The translations under genes and the position numbers were made by a program. The notes under the pieces are model-generated. The model saw nothing but the letters and a program-made list of their open reading frames with translations, made no database searches and was not told the DNA's origin. From the NCBI GenBank assembly GCA_010909165.1, contig MU008167.1, positions 1,240,001 through 1,304,000 of the forward strand: DNA of 64,000 nucleotides. Direction: 5' to 3'. Positions 11,419 to 24,158 of the stretch are shown here, piece after piece. The stretch is from Anthoceros angustus (taxonomy: Eukaryota; Plantae; Anthocerotophyta). Each line of letters opens with the position of its first letter. Position 1 is the first letter of the stretch.

Positions 11419-14400
11419 ATGGACCAAGTTGACAAACAAGATGATGAGCACGTTGACAGCCTTGAGCATGGGTCGGTGGAGAAGGAAAGGTCGAGTGTTT
11501 CATGGAGGTGGAGAGTGAACCCTGGACGTACCTGGTGAACTTGTTGTTGTTCGAAGTCTCTTGCTTGCATCACGGTGGGTATGACTGTGTTGTGGGAAAC
11601 TGCTCAGTGCTGAGACGTTGGAGCCCAAAAAGATTCCTCCGGAGATGGAGTTGGAGAGCGTTGCACAGACAGTCACTCTCAGCACGGTAGGTGCCAAAGG
11701 AACTGGAGACATAAGGTTGCAACATGATGGTCTGGTCGGTGCAACCAGCAAAGACAGCCTTGTCTCTCATTGTGCAGTCTTTGCCTTCCAGGCTGCTGCT
11801 TCGAAATACAGAGTCCTGCTGCTGGCTTATCAGAGCATGGGAGTCATCTACGGAGACCTGGGAACGTCCCCACTGTACGTCTTCTCATCCACATTCGCAG
11901 AAACTGCCCTTGACAGGGTGGAGGTACTGGGTGCCATGTCCCTGATCTTCTGGACTCTCACGCTGATCGGTCTGCTCAAGTACGTCTTCATCGTCCTAAA
12001 CGCCGACGACAATGGTGAAGGTGAGGTCTATCCTACCCTTGCAGACCCAGCATCTTGCTCAATGCCACCTCCAAACGTAACACTTTCCTCCTGATAGTAG
12101 CCTCGTTCGTGCTCTTGGTTAACAGGAGGAACTGCTGCATTGTATACTTTGCTCTGCAGGCATGCCAGATGCAGCCTTCTCGCCTCGCAGCACACCTCCG
12201 ACACGGAGCTGGCAAACTACAGCCGCAGGGGCTCTGTGGGAGCAACTCCCAAAGTCAGATTAATCCTGGAGAAGAGCAAACTGTTGAAGAAAGCCTTGCT
12301 GCTGTTCGTCATGCTGGGAAGCTCCATGGTAATAGGAGACGGCATCCTAACTCCAGCCATCTCTGGTGAGTTTCCGTTCCCCTTCACTTCCTCTTATGCA
12401 GCAGCTCTCCAGACATAACAGCACCACCTGACTCGCTCAACTCACCACTACTGCCTGCCTCACGTGCCGCAGTTCTGTCCGCCATTGAAGGAATCCAAGT
12501 GCAAGCTCCACATCTGGGCAAGAGTATGCCCACCTGCCCCCATGTAACACAAACCCTCCTTCCTGACGATGCAGAAATCATCATGCTACTCACTCATGTA
12601 GATGACATCCCTCCTCTCCTCCCAATGCAGACATGGTGGTGCTCATAACATGCGCCATCCTGCTAGCCCTCTTCCTGCTCCAAAGCAAGGGCACAGACAA
12701 AGTAGGCTTCCTCTTCGCCCCCATCGTCATCACCTGGCTGCTCCTGATCGGTTCCCTGGGCACCTACAACATTGCCAAGTACAAACCCAGCATCTTCCGA
12801 GCCATAGGCCCGCAGTACGCCATCAGATTCTTCCTGAAGAAGAAGAAGCAGGGGTGGACGGAGCTGGGGGGCGTGGTGCTCTGCATCACAGGCACAGAGG
12901 CCATGTTCGCCGACCTGGGCCACTTCTCCAAGCCATCCATCCAGGTGAGCTGTGCTCTGCGCTGCAACCCTAACCCTAGGCCATTCCATCTCCATGGTCA
13001 CACAATCCCCCGTGATGCTGTGCAGATTGCCTTCGCAGGTGTGGTGTACCCGTCCCTCATCCTGGCCTACTTCGGGCAGGCCGCGTACCTGAGCATCCAC
13101 CCCGAGAACGTGGCAGTGGCCTTCTACAAATCCGTGCCCAAGGCAGTGTACTGGCCCACTCTGGTGATGGCCACCCTGGCCACCATCGTGGCCAGCCAGG
13201 CCATGATCTCCGGCGCCTTCTCCGTCATCAAGCAGACCATGGCGCTGGGCTGCTTCCCCCGCGTCAAAATCATCCACACCTCCAAGACCGTGCAGGGGCA
13301 GATCTACATCCCGGAAGTGAACTACATGCTCATGCTGCTCTCCATCGCCGTCGTCGTGGGCTTCGGCACCGCCAACGCCCTGGGCCACGCATACGGTACG
13401 TCTTCATCCCAGCGCACCGCCATCCCTCCGCCATCGCACCTTGCCGTCTGAGCGTGAACCACCCACGAAGAGAAACGGAAGCAAGCCACTTGATACATAA
13501 ACGTACCAACGTAGCACATCATCATGACCTGGTGGTCACATGACGGGAGGGGGTCACGTGATGAGGAAGGTGGTAGCGTGATGAGGAGGGTGGTCACGTG
13601 ATGAGGAAGGTGGTCACGTGATGAGGAAGGTGGTCACGTGCTGAGGAAGGTGGTCACGTGGTGCGTGGGTGCAGGCATCGCGGTGGTGTCGGTGATGCTC
13701 ATCACGAGCGTGCTGGTGGCGCTGGTGATGGTGGTGGTGTGGCTGTGGCACCCCGCCTTGGCGACCCTGTTCGTGGCGGTGTTCGGATGCGGCGAGGGCA
13801 TATACCTGAGCGCGGCGCTGGTGAAGGTGCCGGGAGGGGGCTGGGTGCCGCTCCTCCTGGGCGGGGCGCTGCTGGGGATCATGTACGTATGGCACTACGG
13901 TACGTACAGCAAGCGCAGATACGACGCGGAACATACGGCCGCCATGGACGCGGTGGCGGCCGATGTGGGCGCGGCGCAGTCGCAGGTGCCGCTGCCCGGG
14001 ATAGGCTTCTTCTACAGCGAGCTGGTGAGCTCGGTTCCGCCCACTTTCACGCACTTCCTGCGCAGCCTACCGGCGGTCCACCAGGTGCTGGTGTTCGTGT
14101 GCGTGAAGCCCGTACCGGTCACAAGCGTGCTACCGGGCGAGCGCCTCCTGCTGCGCCGCCTACCGGTCCGCAACTGCTACCAGTGCGTGCTGCGCTACGG
14201 CTACACCGACACGCACGTGCGGGGGAGGGATTTCGAGGACCTGGTGATGCAGGGGCTCGGGGTGTTGCTGTCGGTCCCGGAACCGGGCCCAGACGGCGAA
14301 CGGGACGAGCACGGGCACCGCCGCGGGCCGGGGACCAGTTTCCTGCAGGTGGATCCTGGGCGGGCGGGGACCAGGGGTGAAAGTGGGAGTGGGAGTGGGA

Positions 14401-14649
14401 GTGGGAGTGGGAGTGGGAGTGGGACCCGTCGGGTTGGAGCTGAGCTGCCTGCGCGCCGCCCGGGAGCGGGGGATTGTGCATGTTGTGGGCCGGTCGGAGA
14501 TACAGGCTACTCCCGGTTCCAGCTGGCTGCGCCGGTTTGTATTGGACACGGCGTATGCTGCTCTCAGGAGGAACTGCCGGTCCAGTGTGTCTGCACTTGG
14601 CATCCCAGCCGACCGGCTTATTGAAGTGGGTATCATATGTGACATTTGA
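11419..14649 (+). CDS. KUP/HAK/KT potassium transporter, multi-exon; start uncertain (11419 or 11645); C-terminal frame junction unresolved
   Basis: Motifs [77 protein letters not shown] and C-terminal [18 protein letters not shown]...[10 protein letters not shown]. Confidence 0.93.
13530..13660. repeat. Intronic 20-bp tandem repeat (gtggtcacgtgatgaggaag) carrying five CACGTG G-boxes
   Basis: CACGTG at 13555, 13595, 13615, 13635 and 13655, with variants at ~13536 and ~13574, all within intron 13396-13674. Confidence 0.9.
14385..14423 (+). repeat. (GGGAGT)6-GGG hexanucleotide microsatellite with G-quadruplex potential
   Basis: Directly read; further GGG runs at 14358-14377. Confidence 0.9.
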
Positions 14650-15125
14650 TACATTTATGCATGGAGACGGCAATATGTATCTTGCTGGCTGGCTACATAG
14701 CTACTAATCTACATTTCCCAAAGTCTTAAAGTCCAGAAAAAATGCAATGGGGGATATAATCTCGCCCTCTCATCGCGACATTTTGGTACATCATGGATGG
14801 TGAAAATTTTTACACTCAGGTGGCCGACTCGCATCCATAGGAGCTATGGCCAACGAATCAATGTGGCAGATGTGAAGCTCCTTGCTTGCACCTCCCGTCA
14901 ACTTGTCCAGGTTTCTCCCAAAGAGTGGAACTTGTCGGTGAAGCTCTAGCGCTACCTCTTCTCACAGCGTTTCTGGTGAGCCTTCCTCACGGAGGTGGTA
15001 AATGCAGCTGTAATCGTACAGACAGAAGACAAGCAAGCCTGGCAGCCATTCAGAGCAATACGCCAGCTGATGCCAGCAAAACTTTGCCCCTCTCATCAGA
15101 GCTGCAGTCTTCAAAGTGAGGCCTG

Positions 15126-16854
15126 TCAGGCAGATGGGTCATACGCAGAGATCACGGATGGCAGATGGTCTTTAAGAACCCACCCTGCAGGATATGGCAG
15201 ACCTGGAGTCTCAAAATGTAGGTGCCAAACCATCACCTTGGAGCATCCGCTAGGAAGGCCCTCCATCTGGCTTTCATCCTCCACCAGTTGCTCTATAAAG
15301 GTTGTCTCCTGCACGATACAACACGATGAGGAATCAGAGCCCACCATTTAAAGATCGTCATCAACAAACTAACTGAGCACAAGACGTTTGGACTGCGGTC
15401 TCTACTCCTCATCCAGTGTAGACATCGGGCAAGCTCGGACAGCAAACTACCTGGAATCCCTCCTTAACAGTGTCCAGCTGCCGAATGGGATCACGTATCC
15501 ATCTCCCCCACCTTTGAGGATCCCAGAGTATGGTGCTATTGAAGGCAAATCCAGCCATATCAACATGGAATCTTCGAAGTCTCTTGCTCTTTTCATTGGT
15601 ATGCCATCCAATTACTTCGTGCTCCCTGCACACAGGCCCCTCCAGAACAGCCTTCGCTTTGCCTGGAACCAAAAACGCCACGGGCCAAGTTCCAAATCTC
15701 CTGCAAGGCGATCATGAGAACATCACGAACGGGCTGAAAATACTCAAAAGGGGTTAACTAGAAGGTGCAGCTATTACATGAGCGCTGTTCAGCCTAGCTA
15801 CCAGCAGCAACTCAAATCACTTTAGGTCATGTGGGTTTCACCAGTAGGAAAACCTATCCGGAGCTCCCTTTGGTGTGAGGTTTGAGCCTAAGTGCAGCAG
15901 GGCACCCCACAATGACAGAAACCGATACTCAAGGCAGCATGGCCACAAGGGAAGGATACCAGGAGCTTACTTGACCTCTCTCAGTTGCTCAAAAAGCTCC
16001 ATGGTGTAAACATTGTCATCGTCAGCAAAGTAAACAATACCGTCAAGCTGGTGATGCTCAATATGAGCAAGAGCTGCATTTCTCTGCGATATCCCACGGT
16101 CTTTGATATCTGTCGTGGTAGCATTACAGCTTATATGCCGATACATCAAGCCTGTCGTTCTTAAAAGCTGTACTGTATCTGCCGACTGACAATATTCCTC
16201 CACAACAATCCACAAAAGAGGCGGAGGAACCAACTTCAGAGTATGCGCTAGGCGTGTCATATAGTACGCCTGAAGAGGCCTGTTGTATGTGGGAGTAACA
16301 ATGATAAGTGGCTTAAGAGGGACTGTCCACTCCTTTCTTACCCCCGTAGTCGACCCTAAGCTCCACTTAGAAGCACCTCGATGACGATGTGACGACTTGC
16401 CGTGTATTCTCGTCTCATCTCCCGTCGTGAAATGTGGCTCACCAGGCATGTCCAGGTCAGGGTTGTTGAATGATTCCAAAAAAAACTCCCGTCTCGCGTG
16501 ATACCAGCTCAGTGGCGTCAAGCCAAAAACTAATCCCACAAAGAAACAAAGAAACACCAGAGACACTGACTTTCTGAAGCTGCTTCCCTTGAATTTGGAC
16601 TTATCCGGGCCTCCTAATTTTACAGTCCTAAACCATGAAAAAGTCCTCAACCATGAAAAGAACGAAGGCGACAGAGCTGCAACCTTGTTATAATACGCTT
16701 CTGCTGGTGAGGCGGCAGCAGTAGGCGAGTTCAACCCTGTTGGACTCATCGACGGGGAAACACTCGCAGATCCATAACCTGTGCTTGAGGGAACTACAAA
16801 GGGGGAGCCATTCGGGATGTTCTGAATCGAGAGAGCTCTTCGTAGTGATGCCAT
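15126..16854 (-). CDS. Glycosyltransferase family 43 (IRX9/IRX9L-like xylan backbone xylosyltransferase), 3 exons (16854-15971, 15700-15451, 15308-15126)
   Basis: MASLRRALS start, TM segment, [37 protein letters not shown]|[20 protein letters not shown]|[23 protein letters not shown]. Splice sites are phase-compatible. Confidence 0.96.
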
Positions 16855-18059
16855 AGCCTCTGAGGGAAGAATTCCATACAATGTGAAGTCACGGGAGTGG
16901 AACTCGATCAGCGCTGATGCCAACAGAGTATGAGACAGTTGCCTGCAGCAGAAATAATGACCTCTCTAGGCTGAGAGGTTCACAACCATCAACCAAAGCC
17001 TCTGTTCAAAAAGAGTTCAGGCAAGAGTCGTGAAGGAAACTTTTGCTACTCAGAAACAGGATAAAGGCAAAGGCCTGCCAAACATGCGTGTGCAGCTACA
17101 TGAAGAAGTATTGACAGTTGCAGCAGAAAGCATCAGCTCAGGCATTAGGGTAACAACGCCATAAAACCTAGACCAGAGCCTTGTATAGTTCCAGGGGAAA
17201 TGTGCACTGGCAACAGGACAAGGCAGTGCACTACCAGCTACCTGCAACGAGGAATCAAATTCCAGGATGTGCATGGAACTCACGTCACAGGCCACGGCCT
17301 AAGGACGCGAAGAATGGACATCAAGAGAGCACTTCAGGACAAATCGACAGCACAGAGTCGGATCGATCGATCTGGGAGACCGACAGAACACGACACCAGT
17401 GAAATGATCTTACACAATATTCTAGCCACAATGTGCCAGGGAAAAAAACAGACGCACTGCAACGCAAACGAGAATCCAACACAGCAGGGTGCACTCGAGC
17501 TACCAAAACCGAAGTGAAAATTGCTCTGCTGACATTCAGCACCCGGAGCCAAACTCTAAAATTCCCAAACAGCATGTATCTGCCTCCATCAACACCGAAT
17601 TTCCTCACATTCTGAGCATGAACGTCTTGCACCGTAACCAAACCCGCTCCAACAGCGTAAAGCAGCTCCGCAGACAACGTCAACTCCAGAAAACTTCAGA
17701 AAATCAGGAGTCATGGTGACATCAGCCACAGCTCCTCGCCAACTCTGCGACTTCACTGAGCCGCAGAACCAAACATTCCAATGAAGGCAGAAATTCCACG
17801 CTCTACAGCTGCTACTCAAACGAGTCCAAAATCCTCACCAAAGCTCCTCCGACACACCACAACCGCGCGGCACAACGGCCACACGCAGTGACACACTGGA
17901 CTGACAGCTCCGCTGCTGCTGGTCCCGATTGGACCAACAATCGAGGCAAAGAGGGCGGAAAGTGCCAGGAGCGTCGAAGGGGAAAGGTGGGAGGGAGAGC
18001 TGGAACAGGCGAAACCGGCGAAACCGGCGAAGCCTAAGAACCTGGCGGAAATGCATCCG

Positions 18060-18072
18060 GGCTGTATATAGG
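18060..18072 (-). promoter_or_regulatory. Candidate TATA box for the GT43 gene
   Basis: The minus strand reads ccctatatacag ~1.2 kb upstream of the ATG, at the boundary to AT-rich intergenic DNA. Confidence 0.3.
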
Positions 18073-19006
18073 GCGGGTAAAAGGCCTGTCCGTCGTAGGT
18101 GCGAGCCTCACTCGGAAAAAAAATACTTTGTAACGTATGTGGAATGATGTAGTCTACATAGACGAAGGTGGACACCAAAACCTACGGAGGATTGCTGAGC
18201 AGGAGTAATTCTATCATTTAACACTTCGGCAGGGCCCTTTAAGTTAATATTAAGATTCTAAAGTTTTCGAAAATAATTACAAACACTTCGATAAATTTAT
18301 AGAATATATTTTATCTTTTTATTTAGCATACCACCTTCTAATTATCATCATCAAGTAGGAAATCTCGCACGAGGGAGACTTGGTACCCACATCCTAATAT
18401 GGCTAAAATTATGTCGAGTACTTAAGAAAGGTTTCACGCACATGGATCTCATACTTGGGAAACTAGGTCTTACTCAATTAGATTTCATGCATTAGGTAGT
18501 TATGGGAAAGGCATTCGAGGGGAATAGGACTTTCCTTTTTACTATTAGCCCTTTTTGAGTTGTTCCTCCTCGGATTTCAGGGGTAGATGGGATTCCCCAT
18601 CTCGCCTATTAATAACATCTACTCTTCTTTCTTATTAGATTTCACACTTTAGAACTAGCTAGCCCCAAAATAACAGGGAATGACACTTGCAGGATTTTCT
18701 TGCGCTGCTACATTTCGTGTTAGGTACCTCTTTCCAAGGATATCTCTCCTAGGTTGTTTTATAGTGGAATATTTATTTACTTATGTGTGGTGTCTCCACT
18801 CGAAAAGTGAGTCACTGGGTATTCAGCCTTTGAAAATGTAAGATCATGTCATCCCTATTTCCTATAATTGCTCCCTTGAACTACGCCCTCCTCCATTGTG
18901 CATGAAAGAAATCCAGGGTACACAAATTTCTCTCTGTACGCTTGCATCCTTGACAAAGTATTTCTTGCAATAGAGAGACCCTGGCGGTACTGGAGTTGAT
19001 GCATGC

Positions 19007-19150
19007 AACGTCCTCGACCTTGTCATATTTTGTTACTCCTTTGCGCCGTCCTCCTCTATCTTGAGCTATTGGCAGTCGAACGTCCTCGACCTTGTCATAT
19101 TTTGTTACTCCTTTGCGCCGTCCTCCTCTATCTTGAGCTATTGGCAGTCG
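19007..19150. repeat. 72-bp tandem duplication
   Basis: aacgtcctcgacc...ttggcagtcg at 19007 and 19079. Confidence 0.9.
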
Positions 19151-19441
19151 CAGGGAACACATTGCTCCTCTGCTAGCTCGGCTTTGTTCGCCATCTCTAC
19201 CGCCTTTAACAACTCACGATACAATTTTTGGATTTCTATTTTCTATAGCTAGTGAGATGGATTTTGGCAAGTTCTTAACTACAAAAGCAATAAATTCATA
19301 GAACTATATCTACATGAAGAAAGCGCCCTACCACTCTTGCATGCCGCAAATGAAAAGTTTACAAGTCAATTAGTAAATAATACTGTCAAGTGAACACCAC
19401 CCACCTAGCAAGATGTTGTTCAACAATCTTCTTGTGTTATC

Positions 19442-19593
19442 AGTCTTTTTTAATAATGATCATTATGTTTTTTGTAATGATCTCATAAACCTCAAAATGA
19501 TTATTCAAGGATCCTGTAGTCTTTTTTAATAATAATCATTATGTTTTTTGTAATGATCTCATAAACCTCAAAATGATTATTCAAGGATCCTGT
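19442..19593. repeat. 76-bp tandem duplication
   Basis: agtctttttt...aaggatcctgt at 19442 and 19518. Confidence 0.9.
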
Positions 19594-19779
19594 TTGTTTC
19601 TCAGACACGCAGTAGCCGACAAAGGATATAGGTGATTTTTGCTAGACTTTTGGACCATCATTTGTGCTCAAAGATCTAAAAGTTCTGATCTCTAGTATGT
19701 GGGAGAGCATCATCAAAGCTTACAGGATGCCCAAACATAAATTGTTGGATCACATTGGTAATCCTAAATGGCTCGGAAA

Positions 19780-20120
19780 TAAGGTGGAAAAATAACAACC
19801 TTGAAGAACGGATGGTCCTTTACTATTAGTATTCAACTCTTGATTTGACAAACATTTTATCAACATTGCAAACCATGTTTGTAATATTGATAGAATGGCA
19901 AAATGAAGATTGTGGAAGACCCCAAACATTGCAAGATTTTATTTGGCACGATTCACATGATCAAATTTTGCAAGTAAGCTTGTAAAAACTGAGGATCCTT
20001 GATAGTTGCAAGGGGATGAGTTGTATTATAGGGAGTATTGCCAAGAGACTAAGTTCATGAACCATATTTATTTTTTCGTGGGCTTGCTATTTGGGATCTT
20101 CCACAATTTTCCATGTGAAC
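19780..20120 (+). mobile_element. Possible highly decayed hAT-type transposase remnant
   Basis: AT-rich region with fragments TLQTMFVILIEW and KLRILDSCKGMSCIIGSI, loosely like plant hAT transposase motifs (L..MF...EW; KLLRLVD..P.MG.IY). Similarity is weak. Confidence 0.3.
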
Positions 20121-20250
20121 GTGTCATTTCCTTCAAAATGATGTAGCACACTCATGATTCTGATGTATGTGAATTCTTGTACTAAAGTCCATGTAAAATT
20201 TTAGCCTTTAACATGAGTATTCTACATTGTTACTTGTCATTTACACCACG

Positions 20251-20344
20251 CTTGTGTTTGGCTAATGGATAGCATCCCATTCATGAACGTGCCGAACTTG
20301 TGTTTGGGCAATGGATAGCATCCCATTCATGAACGTGCCGAACT
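20251..20344. repeat. 46-bp tandem duplication
   Basis: cttgtgtttgg...gaacgtgccgaact at 20251 and 20297. Confidence 0.85.
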
Positions 20345-21281
20345 CTCTCGAGTGAGTTCTTCCCTTCTAGACCACCTAAGAAATAAAATAAAATAAAATT
20401 CGTAAACCTATCATTTTGTGTGATATTATACATTTCAAACATAAATTTCATTACATAATATAACATCTTGTTACATTCAAAGATTCAAAGAAAATTTTTA
20501 TATATGAATATATATTCTAATATTATAATTTTTGGTATCTTCCAAGGAGAAAGAAGACTTTATTATAAAAAAGAGATGGGAAAAACCCATCCACCCCATT
20601 TTTGGTATCTTCCTACAGGTATCCGTCCAGTGGACTTAAATAAATTCTTTTTCAATAAGATTGAGATCATATTTTTTTTAATTATTGAGATCGAGTTACT
20701 CAATTTCACACACGGCGGGCAGTTGGGACTCGCTAACGAGGGAAGTCCAAAGACCTAGTCTATCTACATATGTACCTATGTAGAATGGCGAAGGTGGCAA
20801 ATGCCATGATAGCCCCGAGCAGGCGAAAAGAGCCCTGACTTGTACAGTGTATTACGGAGCGTTGTTTATTGGACACGCGGGACCGTTAACCCTCGTGTCA
20901 AGACTTTGTCCTTTAAGAAGCTCCGTTTCGGGAAAGGAAGACTGGGACGTGACATGTTCCAGAGCGTAGGTCACAGCACACGTCACCCGGTGCATGGAGC
21001 AATTGCGTTGCAGTGTCTCTTCTCCGATGATCACGCGCGCCCGCTGCATCGGCCATTCTAAATGATCTCCTCCAGCAAGGTGTGGAAGGAATCGGGAGCT
21101 GAAGTCGCAGAAGGTTTCAGATCCATGAGACTGGGGCCATTCAGAAGACGGCAGATAGAGGTCTGGAGCTCGGAGCCTGGCTATGTGATCCTGGGATTGC
21201 CACCGGCGATTCCGCATTCGGCTGGCTAGCCCGGGCCGAGGGAGCTGGTAGTGTCGGACGCCGGATCTGTGGCCTGCCAAA

Positions 21282-24158
21282 ATGAGGCGCCAGATCAAGG
21301 CCTGGCTGGAAGCGGACGTCGGCAAACCTAAGGCCATCGAGCCGGCCAAGAAGGCGCTGCCCGGTACGATGGCTTGGTAGATCTGGTTTGGGAATAATGC
21401 TCGGAGGAGGATGCCCGGGATCGGTTCTCACGGTCTTGTGTTTGGTGCAGCTGATGCCAAGTCCGCGTCTCTGTCGAGGTGCTCGGAGCGGATGAAGGTT
21501 CGGGCTCATCGGAAGGTTGCCAAGGAGTTCACGGAGCTGTTCAGGGAGCAGGAGATCCAGGCGCACACGGGAGCTATTCTGACCATGAAATTTAGTGTGG
21601 ACGGGCGTTTACTGGCGTCCGGGGGCACGGACTGCGTGATTTATGTTTGGGAGGTTTTGGACGGTCCTTCTTCTGCATCTGCATCTTCTGATGATATGGA
21701 GAGGTCGGATTCATCTGGGAAAGCAAGCTGTTCACCCCGGGCTGGCTTGCAGAACGGGCATAAGCCTGACAGCATTGATCCTCCCTTGAGGAAAATGGGG
21801 TCGGATCTGGGAGACAGGTCATTTAAGCTTTCGGAGAAACCGTTACATTCATTTTATGGTCACACCAAGGATGTGTTGGATCTTTCTTGGTCGTATTCTC
21901 GGGTAAACACACAGTCTTCTCCCTGGCTAGAAGGTCAGATTTTGTTTCTAGTTTGTGTAATAGCTTTCTTCTGTAAGGGGTTTGGTTCAGAGAGTCTTAA
22001 TCTGATCTTAGCTGTTTGTTGTGACAGTTCTTGTTGTCGTCGTCAATGGACAATACAGTCCGTTTGTGGCATGGCTCGTCAGCGGATTGCCTTCGTATCT
22101 TCGCACACAATGATTATGGTATATCGTATGTTCCCGTCTTCTTTTCACACATAGACGTGCATTCTGTTCCCCCTCTGAACTGGCACACGTTCTAATCAGT
22201 CTTGATGAATTTTGCGTTCTGTGGAGGTCGGAGTAGTCACCTGCATTCAGTTCAACCCAGTGGATGAAAGATATTTCATAAGCGGATCACTGGATGACAA
22301 AATCAGAATTTGGAGCATTCCTGATTATCAAGTTGTGGACTGGGCGGATATTAGAGCAATGGTATCAGCAGTTTGTTACACACCTGATGGCGAGGTATAT
22401 TGGTCAAAACTTTGCAGCCAATAGCTTTCAGCAGGTGTTACCTGTGTGTTTCCAGACTGATTTCAGTATTCTGTCTGTACAGAGGGCACTCGTTGGTTCA
22501 TACAAGGGCTTCTGCCGTTGCTACAAAATAACTGGTAAGTTATCATGTGTTGCAAATTGTGTGGCCGCTTCAATTCAACCACCAGCAGAATACAGCATGT
22601 GTCATGGGTGGATTGTACCTTGGGGGTGTGAAAAGCTGATTTCGTAGTGTGCCTAAACAGGCAACAAGCTACAACTCTTGCACCAGTTTGAGGTGTGTGA
22701 AAATAAGAAAAAGAAGGGGTATGGCAAGAAGATTGTTGGTCTTCAGGTGTGTGCTGCTTCTCTCTGCCTTCCAGGTTTTAGGATATATGCTTGGTGTGAT
22801 TACTGGGCGCTGACCAGCAACTCTTGTTTGTGTAGTGCATGCCAGGAGATGCAGGAAGGTTGCTCATCACAACAAACGACTCTCGTGTGAGGCTTTTCAA
22901 CGGCACAGAGCTAAGCTGCCGATACAAAGGTGTGTTGATGAGGCTTTGTGTTTCTGCAGTATTAGTTAATGGCGGTCGGGGAATAGACCTGCGTTTTCTT
23001 ATGCCTACGGTTTTTGCAGGGATTCGACACACAAATGGCAAACTCTCTGCATCCTTCAGCCCAGATGGGCATTATATTATTTGTCCGAGTGAAGACTCCC
23101 GAGTTTATATTTGGAATGCGCCTTCTTCTCAGGCCCACGCTGTCAGAAGGGAGGCTGATCAGTCATTCGAGGACTTTGGGTGTCGTGATGTCTGTGTAGC
23201 AATCCCATGGACAGGATTGAGTTTTCGGACCTTCGGAGATGGATTACCATTGCATTCTCACAGTGATCTATTCGAATGTGGGGATGACTCTAAAGGTAGG
23301 TCCAGGGCAGCCTCACCCTGGCTGTGGGCATCTCGGGAAAATGTGGATGCTCCGGAAGTATGCACCTCCAGGCAGCTTCTTCGGACCACAGGTCATAGAC
23401 TGGGTGGGTCGCAGGACAAGGACAGTCGAGAGCTTGCAAGCGAGTCTAGGAGTGACAATATGGGCAACGGGGAGCTACAAGATTCGAGGATAGGAGCCAC
23501 CAAGAATCGTAGCTACCATATGGGTCACAACTTAGAGTCACCCGAGTATGAGGATGACAGCACAAGTGGCGGTGACGAGAATGGTTTTAGTGAACTGCGA
23601 TCAGCAGGTGCCCATGATCTTGGCCTGGAGTATCCGGATGTGGTGAGAAGTTCTAAACAGGTAGTGCCTGCAGGATCGTATGCCTCGGGTCATCCATCAC
23701 CGGTCAGCAGTTCAGAGTTGTCAGTAAAGTCGTTATCTTTTGCTGCCTCTCCTTTAGAACCTTACCTTACTTTCCAAACTAGTAGTATCAGCAGCCAGAA
23801 TAGTTTCAGCTCTGCAGACACCAGAGAAGACTATGGCCATCCACCTTACAGCTCCCAGTCTTCTCTTGTAGATCTCAAACAACCTTTCATGACCTCCTCC
23901 AGCAGTGCTGCTGCCACCTCCAGCAGCACCTTGTCTCTTTCTTCCAAGCCTTCGACTCTGGCCTCAAACGGACGTGGATCTCCTCAGTTGAGTAGTAACA
24001 GCAGTAGCAGCGTAGACTTCAGTTCTGCGGTGGCCAGTTCCTTGTCCAAGACTTCTGACTCCTCTGTGTCCCGTAGCTCTGGTTTGGTAATCGTGACTGC
24101 TGGCTTAGGAGGTGAGATTCGGACGTACCAGAATTACAGCCAAGGTGGCATGCCCTGA
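21282..24158 (+). CDS. WD40-repeat protein (WDR44-like, plant transducin family), multi-exon, with a long Ser-rich insertion before the last beta-strand
   Basis: [99 protein letters not shown] 21282 joins in frame through intron 21364-21450. Confidence 0.9.

Noticed and set aside
12663-14673. Long minus-strand and alternate-frame ORFs over KUP (241, 240, 184 and 164 aa)
   Set aside because: Expected from high GC3 codon bias; no independent motifs.
18340-18750. Possible LINE reverse-transcriptase remnant (SG*MGFPISP resembling RQGCPLSP)
   Set aside because: The similarity is too weak to support without a profile search.
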